From Octopus sinensis (taxonomy: Eukaryota): 64,000 nt of DNA. How positions within the stretch are numbered: position 1 is the stretch's first letter; each line of letters starts with the position of its first letter. Of this stretch, positions 26,067 through 39,989 are shown piece by piece. The translations under genes and the position numbers were made by a program. The DNA lies in contig NC_043008.1 of the NCBI RefSeq assembly GCF_006345805.1, positions 44,392,001 to 44,456,000 of the forward strand, given 5' to 3'. The notes beneath the pieces were generated by a model. That model was not told the origin of the DNA. It was given only the letters and a program-made list of their open reading frames with translations, and did no database searches.

Positions 26067-27745
26067 ATGATGGACACCCCCGTCAATTTCGACATATGCG
26101 GCTCCGACAATGTACTTTTTCTTTGTCAGGTATAATGCTGATGCCGAATGTGACATTTAAGTTCCGCTAACGATTTGCAAAACCACTATTAGGGATAAAA
26201 CTTCGAAGGAAATGAAAAATAAAACCATTTACCATCCATCTCCTGGACCATGGTTTCTAGCTACGCCTAGGTTAAACATATAAGTACGAGGCAATCCAGG
26301 ATATGCCTCATGCTTACACGTTATAAGTTTTCAAACCCACTGCGCAGGCGCAGCTTTTTGTCGGCAGCAAATAAAAAATGCCAGCGTTACTTCGAAAATT
26401 TTCCAGAAAAAGAGATTCAATAATTAATAAACGATGGTAATAAAAACTCCGACAATCTATTTTTTCTTTGTCAGGTATAATGCTGATGTCGAATGTGACA
26501 TTTAAGTCCCGCTAACGATTTGCAAAGAAGACCACAGGGGTTGCAAGTATGAGGATTACAGGTCAGAGCAGGTGGTATATTTGCAGCTGCTTTTCTCCTT
26601 TGCCTTACACCCTGAAGCTTGTTAATTCTGGTTGTAACAAAGTTTTTAATACCATTTTGACACAACGACCTCCATTTTTTTCGTACCAAGGCTGTTCGCT
26701 CAAAGATGCTGTTAGCTATCTTCATCACTAAGAGGTTACTCTTCAGCCTGTCCTTATATCTGATCTATGGTCGTCTAACATTTCTGTGCCCACTGTCAAG
26801 ATTGCCGTAGATGAGGACTTTGTGTATTCTTCCGTCACTCACTCTGATTGCAATTGTGATTGTATAAGGAAGCTCTCAATTCCACCAATCTTAGACTTGC
26901 TAAGAAAGTCAGCATTAGACATTTTGTCTTTTAGTGAATAACCGCAGATTGTCCTCAGACTGTCTTTGCGGAAGATGTCTAGTTTGTCAATTTGTTGTCT
27001 ATAGGGTATCCACCATTCTGAGCCATACAAGAGAGTAGTAAGAATGGTTGTTTTATAGACCTGTACTTGGACGTCAAGTTTGATGCCCCTTTCATTCCAG
27101 AGACTTGGACGGAGGTTGTCAAACGCGATGGTTGCCTTTACAAGACGGTTGACGATTTCATCATCAAGAGAAGCCCTCAAATTCTCTTTACTACTAAGAT
27201 ATATAAATGACTTCATATAATTTAGGCTTTAGGCTTTCCCCGTTAACCTGTGTAGGTGTGTCAGGAAAATTGTGAACCGGTGGCCTCTGCTTGACACCAC
27301 GAATTTGTTTAGGAACAGGGTAAGGTTGGTCTTAATGCTGATGGTCAAACCAAACGTTTTACATGCTGCAGAAAAAACTGGTTTAGAATTCCTGAGCTTC
27401 CTCTAAAGAGTGCAGCAGCATCTGCTAAAAGTAGTCACGAATGATATTGGTGCGTAGCAGTGTTCTGGCTTTGAAACACTGATAATTGAATAGGCCACCA
27501 CGTGTTCGAAACTGGAATTTGACACCTCTTTGTATATCGCTAAAAGCATACCTCAGCATCACTGAAAAGAAGAGTGCAAACAAAACAGGAGCCTGAACAC
27601 AACCTTGCTTTGTGCCATTTTGTAAGGTCGAAGGAAGCTGAAGATTCCCCACCTGCATGACAGCAGCCTTCATTCCTCCATGAAAAGAGATGAAAACATT
27701 CAACATCTTGTCAGCTATACGGTTTGACCTTTCCTTTTTAATCAA
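26065..27745 (-). mobile_element. 5'-truncated RTE(-BovB) LINE with RT C-terminal half, zinc finger and 3' tail
   Basis: FHGGMKA, GTKQGCVQAPVLF, degenerate (F)ADD region, SLDDEIVNRLVKAT..LLYGSEWW, C2H2 finger, tail ..cggagccgcatatgtcgaaattgacgggggtgtccatcat in (TA)n; multiple frameshifts. Confidence 0.93.
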
Positions 27746-28439
27746 TACAATTGTTTCCACGAAACGTAGCTCTCCATTAGGGCGGGTACTTGATTAGGCA
27801 AGTGTTTCTCTGCAGTATGAGATCGAGTTGTGTTTTCTAAGGCGATATAGAAATATTTTCTCCGTCAGTTTGAAATCCTGGATTTCGAGAACATCCTCTC
27901 TAACAGAACTACATCTCATAATGTAGGAAGACAATTGTATAATCAAGTAATTGCACATTTGGAGAAGTTGCGTGGAAACAGTTGTAGTGATTAATAGATA
28001 AATGTACCCCTTATTGTTGACTCCAATTTTTTTCAATTATATGTGTTTATATATATATATATATATAATATAATTTTATGCATATTATTATCAGTTTGAA
28101 AAATATATCCCATCATTTCCTAAATCTTTTTTTCCAAATCACATATATGCCAGCATCCACAGAAACACACACACACACACACACAATCATTCACACATAC
28201 ACAAAACGAAAACATTGCAGAAAGGCACACACGTACACCAAAACACACAAATACAAAATAAAACATCACAAAACATACACGCACACAACTCTATGCACAT
28301 ACAAACAAACACACACATAAACAGAAGAGAAAATATCGCAAAAAGACATCGTCCCACACACGCACAAACATACCCACATATACACTCATACACACATACA
28401 GCTGTTGACCACATAGATACACACAAGATGAGACACTAA

Positions 28440-28810
28440 AAAGAATACATTTCACCCAAAGGAAAATCCTAATTCTTTTTTCAAACATACACACCCATCA
28501 ACTCACAGCTGGTCAGTTTCCAAACACACGCAGAGGTGTATATAAAACCCTTCCAAAAATGTTTTTAGCCACTCTCTTCACAGGAACACACAAAGATTTC
28601 TTCTACACAATAGACACCTCTTCTCTCACTCTCTACCACTTTGAACTCTATACTAAGGTATTTAAAGAAAAGTTCAACGACAAATCTCTAGATAATTCCT
28701 TGCCCCACCACCAACAACAGACAGAAGATAAACTGTTTTTACTTCAATTTTTTATAAATCCTTCCTGATATTTGATAAAATGAGATTCGTCGAAACCGGT
28801 AATATTTTAT
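28440..28810 (+). mobile_element. Possible Penelope-like ORF C-terminus remnant followed by a hammerhead-like motif
   Basis: ORF 28559-28768 ends ..KSLDNSL..EDKLFLLQFFINPS*, loosely like PLE ends, immediately followed by GAAACCGGTA. Confidence 0.35.
28768..28805 (+). ncRNA. Candidate hammerhead with U3-A8 core
   Basis: atat-UUGAUAA-aatgagattcgtc-GAAA-CCGGUA-atat; stem II lacks its closing G-C pair. Confidence 0.35.
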
Positions 28811-28925
28811 TTATATAATTTAAAAAATATTTTTTATTTAACGCCCCCTCCTACATTGAAATGTCTTACACTTACTTCTGTGCTATATCCACCTCCATCT
28901 TTTATATTGTGTGTGTGTGTACATC

Positions 28926-28966
<41 letters not shown>

Positions 28967-29011
28967 TATATATATATACAGAGAAAACATATATATATGG
29001 ATGTATGTATT

Positions 29012-29044
<33 letters not shown>

Positions 29045-29633
29045 TATATATAATATATACAGAGAAAAACATATATTATGTATGTATGTATATATATACA
29101 GAGAAAAACATATATATAATGTATGTGTATTTATAAAATATATTAACGTGTGTGTGTGCGGTGTATTGTGTGCGTTTATTTTACATACATCATTCAATTT
29201 TTTAATGAGTACTTGGAATATATCATTTCTATTATTTCATTTAGCTTAATATTCATATTATACGAGTTAACAACGCCCAAATCTATTTGCAATTATTTTT
29301 TTCTATGAACAAGTGGTTCTATGTTATTTATTCTGCCAATATCTAAATAAGATGGACACATGTGCATTTTACGTAGCGTTTTAATAATGAAAACTACACC
29401 GTCATTATCTAATCGACTCTCACTTTACGACCAGCGTCCGCCTCCAACCGACATTCTCCTCCACGCAAAAACTGATGGCCTTCTGCCAAATTTGGAATAT
29501 TTTTTATTTATGATAGCGCATGTTAATCTTAAGTTTATCAACGTACTTTGAATACACATACATATACATACACACACACAACCCCCCACCACATATATGC
29601 TTATATATTCACACACATACATACTTATATAAT

Positions 29634-29666
<33 letters not shown>

Positions 29667-29730
29667 TATATTTATATATATTTGTATGCGTATATGTATA
29701 TATTATTTCATAAATCCATATATATATAAT

Positions 29731-30050
29731 GTGAGAGAATATGTTTTTTTCTAATTTATATATATATATATTATATATAATAATAATATATGAAGGAATA
29801 TGTTTTTTTCTAATTTATATATATATATATATTATATATATATATATATATGAATGTATATAATATGAGGGAATGTTTTTTTTCTAATTATATTTATATG
29901 TATGTAATAAGAGGGAATATGTTTTTTTCTAATTTATATATATATATATATATATTGATGTATATATATGAGGGAATATTTTTATTTTTTCTAATTTATA
30001 TTTATATGTATGTAATAAGAGGGAATATGTTTTTTTCTAATTTATATATA
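29731..30050 (+). repeat. Minisatellite of about six units, gagggaatatgtttttttctaatt plus variable (TA)n
   Basis: The core recurs six times with spacers of different length. Confidence 0.9.
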
Positions 30051-30964
30051 TAATATATATATATAATATATATATATATATTATATCTATATTATTTAAT
30101 CACAATAAGTTGTTTATGAAAAGTAACTGTTAAGAGAAAGGAGAATTACAAAATTTAGGAATTAAATTGATGAGAAAAGATTGCAAATGCTGTTTGGTGA
30201 TATTAAAACAGAACGAATTCTACGAACAAAATGTTAAAAATAAAACAAATACAATATATAATATTAGTGAATGGAGTTTAGATTCCGGAATTTATTCCAA
30301 ACATTCTCTGCATTATTCCAAGAACAAATCTACAGATGATGTTTTCAATAATTACCTTAGTGGATTAGCTTTAATAATATTGCGTCTACGTGTTTGTTTC
30401 TCATATGTGAGATAATGTCAAGTGTGAGACTTTTTATTATTGATCGGAGCGAATATTCAGTGAGATATTATCAATGTATTTTGTTATTTTAGATTATTTA
30501 TAAGAAAGTGATAACATTATATAGAATATAGTTTATATCTGCATATATTTTATTATTGATATTTTTAAGAAAGAGATGAGACATTTTTGTTGTTTTTCCT
30601 ACTTGAGACATATTAAGATAACAACATCTTTGCTAGACTAAACAATCGCTTGTATAGTAGATTTAATCCTCCCCTTCGTTTAACGTAAATATATCTGGCT
30701 CCTGTGTTCCTTTGGCGAAGACCACTACGTTGTATTTACGATGAAGACAAATATAGATCTGTTTTGTGTAGACGTTCGCGACGGAGTTTCACAAAAACAG
30801 ATACTCATGTATGTGGATATATATAAGAAACTATGTGTGGTTTTGTGTATTGTTACGTTTCACTGTGGTTGGGAAGGAAGGTAACTCTAATGCTGTTTAA
30901 TACTAGAACCCTGGGACATTTACAGTATAGAAAAATATCAACATCTTGCCTAAAATATTGCCTT

Positions 30965-31290
30965 TAAATTCTGGTGCTTATTTTCTTGACCCCGAAAGGA
31001 TGAAAAACAAAGTCGAAATCGGTGGAATTTGAACTCAGAACATAACGACGGATGAAATGACGCTAAGTGTTTTTCTCCGGCGTGCTCACAATTCTTTTCT
31101 ACTTTAGACACAACGCCCGAAATTTTGATGGGAGGGACCTGATGATTAGATCGATCCCAGTACGCAATTGGTACTTGATTTATCGACCCCGAAAGGATTG
31201 AAGGCAAAGTCAACCTTGGCGGAATTTGAACTCAGAACGTAACAACGGATGAAACGATACTAAGCTTTTTTTCCCCGCTGTGATCACGAA
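30965..31290 (-). mobile_element. Older tandem SINE family B pair
   Basis: Two successive gaccccgaaaggat.aa..caaagtc..ggcggaatttgaactcagaac units. Confidence 0.75.
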
Positions 31291-31786
31291 TCTTCCGACT
31301 CAGTGCTTCCGTTTGTTTTTTTGTATTTTTGTAAAATTTGTACACATGTTTACCAGACTCTGCTACGTTTTCTGCAGGTGTAATATCAAATTAAGAAATG
31401 TTTAGAACCAAAAATACCAGATACTTATTTAACTTATATGAGTATGTATTTGCTTTTATTCATATTTAAACTGATTTACGAATATACGTGCATGTCTGCT
31501 CTCTGTATGTCTGCCTGTATGTCTGTCTGCCTGTATGTATGTCTGTCTGTCTGTCTGTCTGTATGTATGTATGTATACAAATCTGTTAATGGATATACGT
31601 ATATACACATGTCTATGCATATATATATAAATTTTTTATATATATACACATACATTCATATACGTGTATATATTCATATACATATGTTATATATATATAT
31701 ACGTATACATATATATATCTAGATGCGCACATATTTATGGAAGTACACACACACAACCACATACACACTCATACACACACACTCAC

Positions 31787-31817
<31 letters not shown>

Positions 31818-33195
31818 CAATTCGCCTAGATGTACATACACTTACACGCATATATGCACAAAATTCGTATGCGTATAAATGTATAAAGATGGACGGTTTT
31901 CTGAATTTGTTTGAGTTTTCGAGCATTCGTGTATATTTGCGTCTATGTGTATGTATTTGTTTATGGCTCTATATATCTTTGTCTATTTGTATGTGTATAT
32001 GTGTATATGTGTATATGTGTGTGCGTGCTTTGAAGTGGCGACATGCAGTGATGCATAAGTTATTTTCTTGCTTGGGTATGATGTGAATAAGTACTTATTG
32101 TTTGTCGTACTTAGCAATCGATATACGAAGTTGGTGTATTAAACTCCGGGGAAAACTGATATTTCCACTAATGATAATACTTGTCTGAAATTTCAAAGTA
32201 GTATGCTTCAAGACCATTTCAATTTATATTCAACAGTTCTTTTTTACACGTTCAGAAGCTTTCAGTAAAGTTTCTTTGGGAAAATATTTGTTGAAATTCT
32301 TTATGCAGACAGAATTTCGATAAAATAAAATTTGTTTTCCTACATATTTGTAAGTATGATACATCTGTCAAACAGAAATAAAAATTAAATATTTGTTCAT
32401 TAAACAAAGATATCACACAGTCTATAACTTTCTTTAAACATAATTTAGTCATTTTCGTTAAATGCTTTACGAGCGGAAAAACTAACAGTTGGAGTTTTTC
32501 GGCTTCTATTCAACAATTTAAGCAAACACCAGAATGGTACAAGAGATCCGGTCACAGATGCGTATGATAAGAATTTGATTTATGGCTATAATTGAGATAT
32601 GATTGCAGTTGAAAGTCAAAACTAGCAGCAAGATATGCGCTTCTGTCATCAGTTACGCATCTTGAATTAAAAAGACGAAAGAATTGCTTAAAAACTAACA
32701 TCGGTTTTAGACAACTTTCTACATAGAAAGAAGTATTTGTTGCAAAAATTGATTGCAAAATATAATATAAAAATTTCTAAAGTTTAATTTCGTCGAACAT
32801 TCTCTTGCCAGAAATGTAATGACCATGTGCCATTGTTAGAAATCAGAATTTCTTTGAAATTATATATGGGGGGATTAGCGGCTGCATTTAAATCTTCTAG
32901 GTTGAGAGTTCAAAGTGATTACAACACACGCCATTCCTTTGTTTCATATTTTGTCTGTCCCAGACTACAAGAGGCATTCGTATGTTTTGAAGATAACACA
33001 GTATATATTCTGCGAGAGATACGGATCGACCACACATAGGTTTCATCATTGAATCTAATTATAATGGAATTACTCTATGTCTACATGTTTTTATAAAGTT
33101 CAGTTTCATTGTTTTGTACCGTCGTTGTGTTTTCTTAGAGATATTCTATTACTGTATGTCAGGCATATTACCGTATGTCATATTACCGTATGTCA

Positions 33196-33374
33196 GGCGC
33201 AGGAGTGGCTGTGTGGTAAGTAGCGTGCTAACCAGCAACATGGTCCCGGGTTCAGTGCCACTGCGTGGCAACTTGGGCAATTGTCTTCTGCTATAGCCCC
33301 GGGCCGACCAATGCCTTGTGAGTGGATTTGGTAGACGGAAACTGAAAGAGGCCTGTCGTATATATGTATATATG

Positions 33375-33405
<31 letters not shown>

Positions 33406-33612
33406 TTGTGTGTCTGTGTTTGTCCCCCTAGCATTGCTTGACAACCGATACTGGTGTGTTTACGTCCCCGTCACTTAGCGGTTCGGCAAAAGGGACCGAT
33501 AGAATAAGTACTGGGCTTACAAAGAATAAGTCCCGGGGTCGATTTGCTCGACTAAAGGCGGTGCTCCAGCATGGCCGCAGTCAAATGAACTGAAACAATA
33601 AAAGAGTAAAGA
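33196..33612 (+). mobile_element. SINE family A, full length
   Basis: Near-consensus head, body, internal TA/TG repeat and tail. Confidence 0.93.
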
Positions 33613-33715
33613 GTATATACGAAGCATAATGATAATACATTAGACATGCATATATATATATATATAATATATATATATATCATATATATATATATATATA
33701 TATATAATTATATAC

Positions 33716-33790
<75 letters not shown>

Positions 33791-34182
33791 ATATATATAA
33801 TATATATATAATACTTATACGACATATTGTACATATTTAAGTCTTTTAGAAATATGTGATGCGTCTATAATTATATCGTTTAATATATGCTCTTTACTAT
33901 ATCTTACTAAACTAATAATTGTCGTCTGACGCCAGAAAATGTGGCTTGCGTTTCTCAGAGAAACTATTTCAATTTAAAAAAATAATTTTTGCTCGTTTTC
34001 CAGTGCGATATAATTTGTGGATGGTTAGGTGACTGAATGGCCTCTACGTATAATGTAGAACATATATGTGTGTGTGCTTGTTTGTGTGTGTGTGTGTATA
34101 CATGTATGGATGCATGCATGCATAAATCCATACGTACATGCATATATACATACAAAATCTTGATATAAAGCTGAAGAATAAA

Positions 34183-34235
<53 letters not shown>

Positions 34236-34241
34236 GTATAC

Positions 34242-34525
34242 ATGGCCCAGTGGTTAGGGCAGCGGACTCGCAGTCGTAGGATCGCGGTTTCGATTCCCAG
34301 ACCGGGCGTTGTGAGTATTTATTGAGCGAAAACACCTAAAGCTCCACGAAGCTCCGGCAGTGGATGGTGGCGATCCCTGCTGTACGCTTTCGCCACAATT
34401 TCGACAACTCTTTCTTCTGTTGGTCTGCTCGCTTAGCCAGTGGGGTGCCAGCATTTGAAGGCTAAAGCAATATGAAGCGCATTGTGACCAGCGATTTGTG
34501 GCATAGCCTGGTCGGTCACGGTAAT
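34242..34525 (+). mobile_element. SINE with family C head and an alternative 3' tail
   Basis: Matches family C to about 34398, then switches to ctgctcgcttagccag..cattgtgaccagcgat..ggtcggtcacg. Confidence 0.8.
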
Positions 34526-34753
34526 CACCGTGATATATATATATATATATTACATATAAATAGTATGTATATATATATTATATTATATATATATATATAT
34601 ATACATACATATATGTATATATATATAGATGAGAAAGTTGGTTTGTAAAAGCACGTGGTTGAATATATAGAAAATAGTAAAAAGTGAAAAGACTGTAGTC
34701 TTTTCACTTTTTACTATTTTCTATATATATATATATACATATATATATGTATG

Positions 34754-34785
<32 letters not shown>

Positions 34786-34829
34786 GTGTGTGTGTGTGTG
34801 TGTATTATATATATAAGATAGACCTCTGT

Positions 34830-35010
34830 GAATGTATATTCGCTTCCCACGCGAAAACGGCTGCGCGAATTGCTTCCGTATTTGGGACGCATGGATAATT
34901 TGATCGCGGATACATAGCAAGGTCTTCAGGTAAGTTTTGTATTAAAAATATATAATATTGCTACATGATTAAATTCTTTCAAAAAGTTTCTCAAAGTCAA
35001 CTTCCGGTTT
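34830..35010 (+). promoter_or_regulatory. Candidate promoter / non-coding first exon
   Basis: Locally CpG-rich; consensus donor CAG|GTAAGT at 34930; ETS-type ACTTCCGG near 35000 and TGACGT near 35012; no open frame into the donor. Confidence 0.3.
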
Positions 35011-35237
35011 TGACGTAGCAACGGAGAAGTTTTCCGTTTTCATTTGCGAAATCTCTCACTCTCTATTTTAATGTTTTCATTTCAAATCTTAATTCGGTAT
35101 TTGCAAACAACTATCATAAATTACTTAAAGAAACATGTACTAATTTCACAGATTTAAATATTCGGTTGCAGCTTTTATTTATACTAATTTTCTATTTCAT
35201 GTTTATTTCATTCATTGTTTGCAATGTTCTTTCTCCT

Positions 35238-35295
<58 letters not shown>

Positions 35296-35612
35296 TCTCC
35301 CTCACACATACACACACACACACTCCGGATTTTATTTCGTTATTACTCAAAATATTATGGGCATTCATTCGCTTGAACCCGCACACTTCATTAATCTCCG
35401 TAATTTTTTTTATTTATTCACTTTCTGCGCGCCGTGTTCAGCTCTATGTATTTGTAGTAAGTCACACACACACACACGTATGTTTTTGTAATAATTATGC
35501 TTGTATACATTTATGTATGTATGTGTGACAGAGAAAGAGAGAAGGGTGTTTTGTCATGTATAAGTACATAAATAAATGTATATTCATACGTCATTTTGTC
35601 TGCATGTCTGCG

Positions 35613-35658
<46 letters not shown>

Positions 35659-37789
35659 AGAAGAGAGAGAGAGAGAGAGAGAGGTAGAGAGACAGTGGTT
35701 TCCTATATTCGTCACTTCCACCGTTCTTCTAATAACAGCTATACATCTTGCAAAACACCTGGATTAATTTCCACACTCTGATTTCAAGTTATATTAACAT
35801 CTGTTTATAATATATTTTCTTCCTTAAGGTCTATATAATAATTAAAATATCAGACGAAGAAAATATTTTTTCCCTATGTTATTAGGGCCTCTGTGTTCCT
35901 ATGTTTTAAACAGTAGACTAAACCATTATTATTTGTATAGGAAATATTTCTGTCCTTGAGAAAAATACTTTATTCGCAATATTATAGAAAGTGTTGAAGA
36001 CAATCATTATATGATGTCATCTAATAGAACTTCCAATTAATTCTTCATAAACACGATATTCTGATAATGTCACCTCTTCATGTGTGTGTGTGTATAGCGT
36101 GAGTCTGTCTGTATGTCGCCTATGTATGCATGCATATATGTAGTACAATATGTCTGTATTTTAATGTGCATTTACAATGTGTGTCCTTAAGTATCTATGT
36201 GTGTGTTTATAGATATCAATGTCGAATAAGTTTTCAAAAGTTGGATAAAAGAGGCTGTTATACATTAATTATACACGTTTAGTCCCATTACAACTAATTT
36301 ATGTTATCCGAAGGTTTCATGTTGAACAACCTAACTGAACAATCATCGGACATAGTTGAAGAAAAGAAACAAAACAGTCTAGTTTAAGTCACTATTTCAT
36401 CGGTATTTTCTACAGTTTGGAAAGGATGAAGGGCAAGCTAACTCGTGTAGTTTTGTAATCAGAGGGTAAATTTCGTGTATAAACTTACGGCAAAATACAT
36501 TCTCAGCTGCTTTTCTTGTTATATGTATTTGTTGTGTTGTTGTTATTTGAGTTGAGCCAATTCAGATCTGACTGAGTCGTCTTTATGTGATACGAAACAA
36601 TCTAATGTAGTCTAAGATATTTTCATTAATTTTGTCGTCACCCGATTGAAATTTGACCCCTTTTGATATCATAATGCTATTTGCCTACATAATGTTTAAA
36701 CTGTTAGCTCCATATCGGTGTTCAAGTTCTATCAGACTTTTGCCTTCACCAACCGAAAGTTGGTCAATGAAGTCCCAAAATCACCAGTGTGTGATATATC
36801 TATCTCTGGTAAAGCTCCATCACAACTGTTCATTGATGACAACTAAAAGTTAAGTTAACAGCGTATAACATGATAATTCTTTTACGTGTCAGCAATACTG
36901 TTTTATCAGTTTATGCTTTAATTATTAATTTTATCATATCAGAGTGGATGAAAACCTCATGTATAGATGTAGAAAGATTCTTAACAATTATTTAAAACAA
37001 ATTATAACTTAGAAACGAAAATTAATTTCACAGCACTCACTTTCTAAACAACTGATAATTTAGCTAGATTCCCTCATATTTATGATAATAATTACTCATT
37101 CAGGGCATTTAAAATATCATTTTATTAATTATTATAAACCTTAATATAAATTGGTTTCTTACATAGCGTATTGAATTGCAAGAAAAAATTTTATAAAGAA
37201 CGAGATTGTGGAAGATCATTAAATTTCATATATTTATTATCCCGTATTTTCACAGATATGTTTTCTGGTAAGAGAGAGATAGAATATTGTATGTTGACAT
37301 CGGTTGTCTCAGTATGGTGTTTCTCGATAATTAATTGTTACAATATGCCTGCCAGGTCGCCTGTAAATTACGTACTTTAACGTTTTATGCATTAGCATTA
37401 TTTTATGTTTTCACTGTAGGAAAGACACGACTAAGTGCTTGGGAGAATGTTGTCAGTTAAAGTATGCAAGCTGCTCAATTTTATATTCTGCTTATTAATG
37501 AAAACTGTTGGCTGACAAAATCGTTGGAGCTGTGAATAAAATGTATTTTAGAATATACGAGAGTGTGCTGAAAGTTGTAAGGAGTGATACTAGAGCTGTG
37601 GAATCTTGCCTGCATTGTCTCCTTCCTGTTACGCTGATATCTTATCGTTCAAAGAATTTCTCAAAAGTAACAGAATGCGACTTCTCTTGAAAATGGACAG
37701 ATTTTGGCATCGTGATGTTATCAAGTACCTACAGAAAAGTGATTATCTCCTCTACACATACATTCTGACATAATTACTTTCTACTCTGG

Positions 37790-37945
37790 GCACAAGGCTC
37801 TTCATTCTTGGGGAGGGGGCGAATTGATTAGATCGAGACCAGTACGTAACTGGTACTTAATCTATCAATCTACGAGAGGATGAAATGCAAAGTCGACCTC
37901 AGCGGAATTTGAACTCAGAAAGTAACGGCAGACAAAATACCTATT
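37790..37945 (-). mobile_element. SINE family B fragment
   Basis: accagtacgtaactggtacttaa..caaagtcgacctcagcggaatttgaactcagaa. Confidence 0.8.
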
Positions 37946-37949
37946 TCGA

Positions 37950-38190
37950 AAGGCTATGAAGACCAAATATCCAGGAAACTGACACTGTTTCCTCAGGACA
38001 ATGCTCCAGCAGGCAGGCCTTTGCTTCAGTGTCTATTGTGCATATCTGTGGCTCTGAACTAGTTGTTCAGCCACCTTATTCTACTGCTTTGGACCCTTAT
38101 CACTATCATCTGTTCCCAAACATGAAAAAACACTCGGCTGGAAATCTTTATCGAAGTGATGATAAATTCATATCTGCTGATGCTACCAGT
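37950..38190 (+). mobile_element. Mariner transposase C-terminal remnant
   Basis: LFPQDNAPA..ELVVQPPYSTALDPYHYHLFPNMKKHSAGNLYRSDDKFISA resembles HQDNAPAH..HPPYSPDLAPSDYxLF. Confidence 0.8.
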
Positions 38191-38302
38191 TACACATGAA
38201 GTCCTCTTTCTACAATCGTATATCAGTTTACCAGAAAGGAAACAATGCAGTTATTAACAAGTAGAAACACAGACACACAAACTATATATATATATATATA
38301 CA

Positions 38303-38478
38303 TGACGGTATTCTTTCAGTTTCCGTCTACCAAATCTACTCACGAGGCCTTGGTCGCCCCAGCTGAAGATACGTCACCAAGGTGTCACACAGTGGGACTG
38401 AACCAGGTACTATGCAGTTGGTAAGCAAGGTACTTACCACACAGTCGATTCTGCGTCTCAACACAGCCACTCCTATAT
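38303..38478 (-). mobile_element. SINE family A, 5' half
   Basis: ctttcagtttccgtctaccaaat..cacagccactcct. Confidence 0.8.
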
Positions 38479-38793
38479 ATATATATACAAACATATTCCA
38501 AGGTTTTGTATATAAATATATATATAAATATTTATATACAAACCTGTGGAATGTAAGCTATACATTTTAGAGAAACAACATCAGTGTTATTAGACCAATA
38601 TATAACAGTTCATTGGTATCAGTTGACAGGTATTTGCTGTGGTGTTGTATATCAAAATGCATTCCAAAGGTCACCGTAGTATGTGTTGTGCTCTGGAATT
38701 TACTCCTTCTGACGTCAAAGGAATGAAATTTATTAAGAGGTGTAACAGCAAAATAATCATTTACTGTTTGTTGTCAGAATTTCTGCTGTTGAT

Positions 38794-38893
38794 NNNNNNN
38801 NNNNNNNNNNNNNNNNNNNNNNNNNNNNNNNNNNNNNNNNNNNNNNNNNNNNNNNNNNNNNNNNNNNNNNNNNNNNNNNNNNNNNNNNNNNNN
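38794..38893. other. Assembly gap (100 N)
   Basis: Run of n characters adjoining a (TA)n tract. Confidence 0.99.
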
Positions 38894-38949
38894 GTATATA
38901 TAATATATATATATATATATATACAGACATATATACATATATATATAGA

Positions 38950-39010
<61 letters not shown>

Positions 39011-39037
39011 CAAATATATAATACATACATACATACA

Positions 39038-39070
<33 letters not shown>

Positions 39071-39744
39071 TTATACAGAGAGAGAGAGTGAGAGAGGGAG
39101 AGAGAGAAAGATATATATATATATATATATATATACATACATTATGACTTGTAACACGATAAAGTATGCACACACATATATACACAATTTTTCTTAGAGG
39201 CCCTCGGAAAAATGCTTTCTGTGTGTTCTTTGTATGTATACATATGTATAAGTGTACGTAAGATGTAGCTTCGTATGTCTGCCGAATGCTCCATCACGTT
39301 ACGAATAATCACGCTTAAATAATCTGAATTTCATATTTCCTATTCTTGCCTTCGGGTACTTTCTGTCATTTTATTCGGAGTATTATTATGTAATACGTAT
39401 AACATATCCCGAAAGATGAAATTGTTACGATGCTTTACCTTGCGGGAGATTTCCATTATTGGGAGAGAAAATGTTTTACAGTATATACTTTCCGACTTTT
39501 GAAATTTCTTTTTTGAATTTCTATTTTACATTATTTCCCAAAAGCTAATCTATTCACACTGTTGTTACTTCTCAGCCTTTTCTTAATCACCACTGTTATT
39601 TAATGGCGTGTATGTACGTCTCATTTGACAGGGTCTTATCTGTTATGATGTAAATTTATGACGAATTAAAAAGCAAAAATAAAATAACATTTATTGTCAT
39701 ATTATCGCTCGTAGGTCCTCCTTCTGTTGGAACTGATGATACAA

Positions 39745-39945
39745 GTTTCAAACTTTTGTGGAGTTGCTTAATCGATTACATCGACCCCAGTGCTCATCTG
39801 GTACTTATTTGATTAACTCCGAGGGGATCGATGGCAAAGTCAACCCCAAGAGCATCTCCACTAAGAAGTAAATGCGGACGAAATGCCGCTAAGTATTTTG
39901 TCCAGTGCGGTAGCGATTCTGCCAGCTCACCGCCATATTGGAGCT
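39745..39945 (-). mobile_element. SINE family B monomer
   Basis: Ends gattctgccagctcaccgcc, the reverse complement of the family B head. Confidence 0.75.
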
Positions 39946-39989
39946 CATGATATTAATACTGTTTCCCATCGGTTTCAGCTCCATATTTG

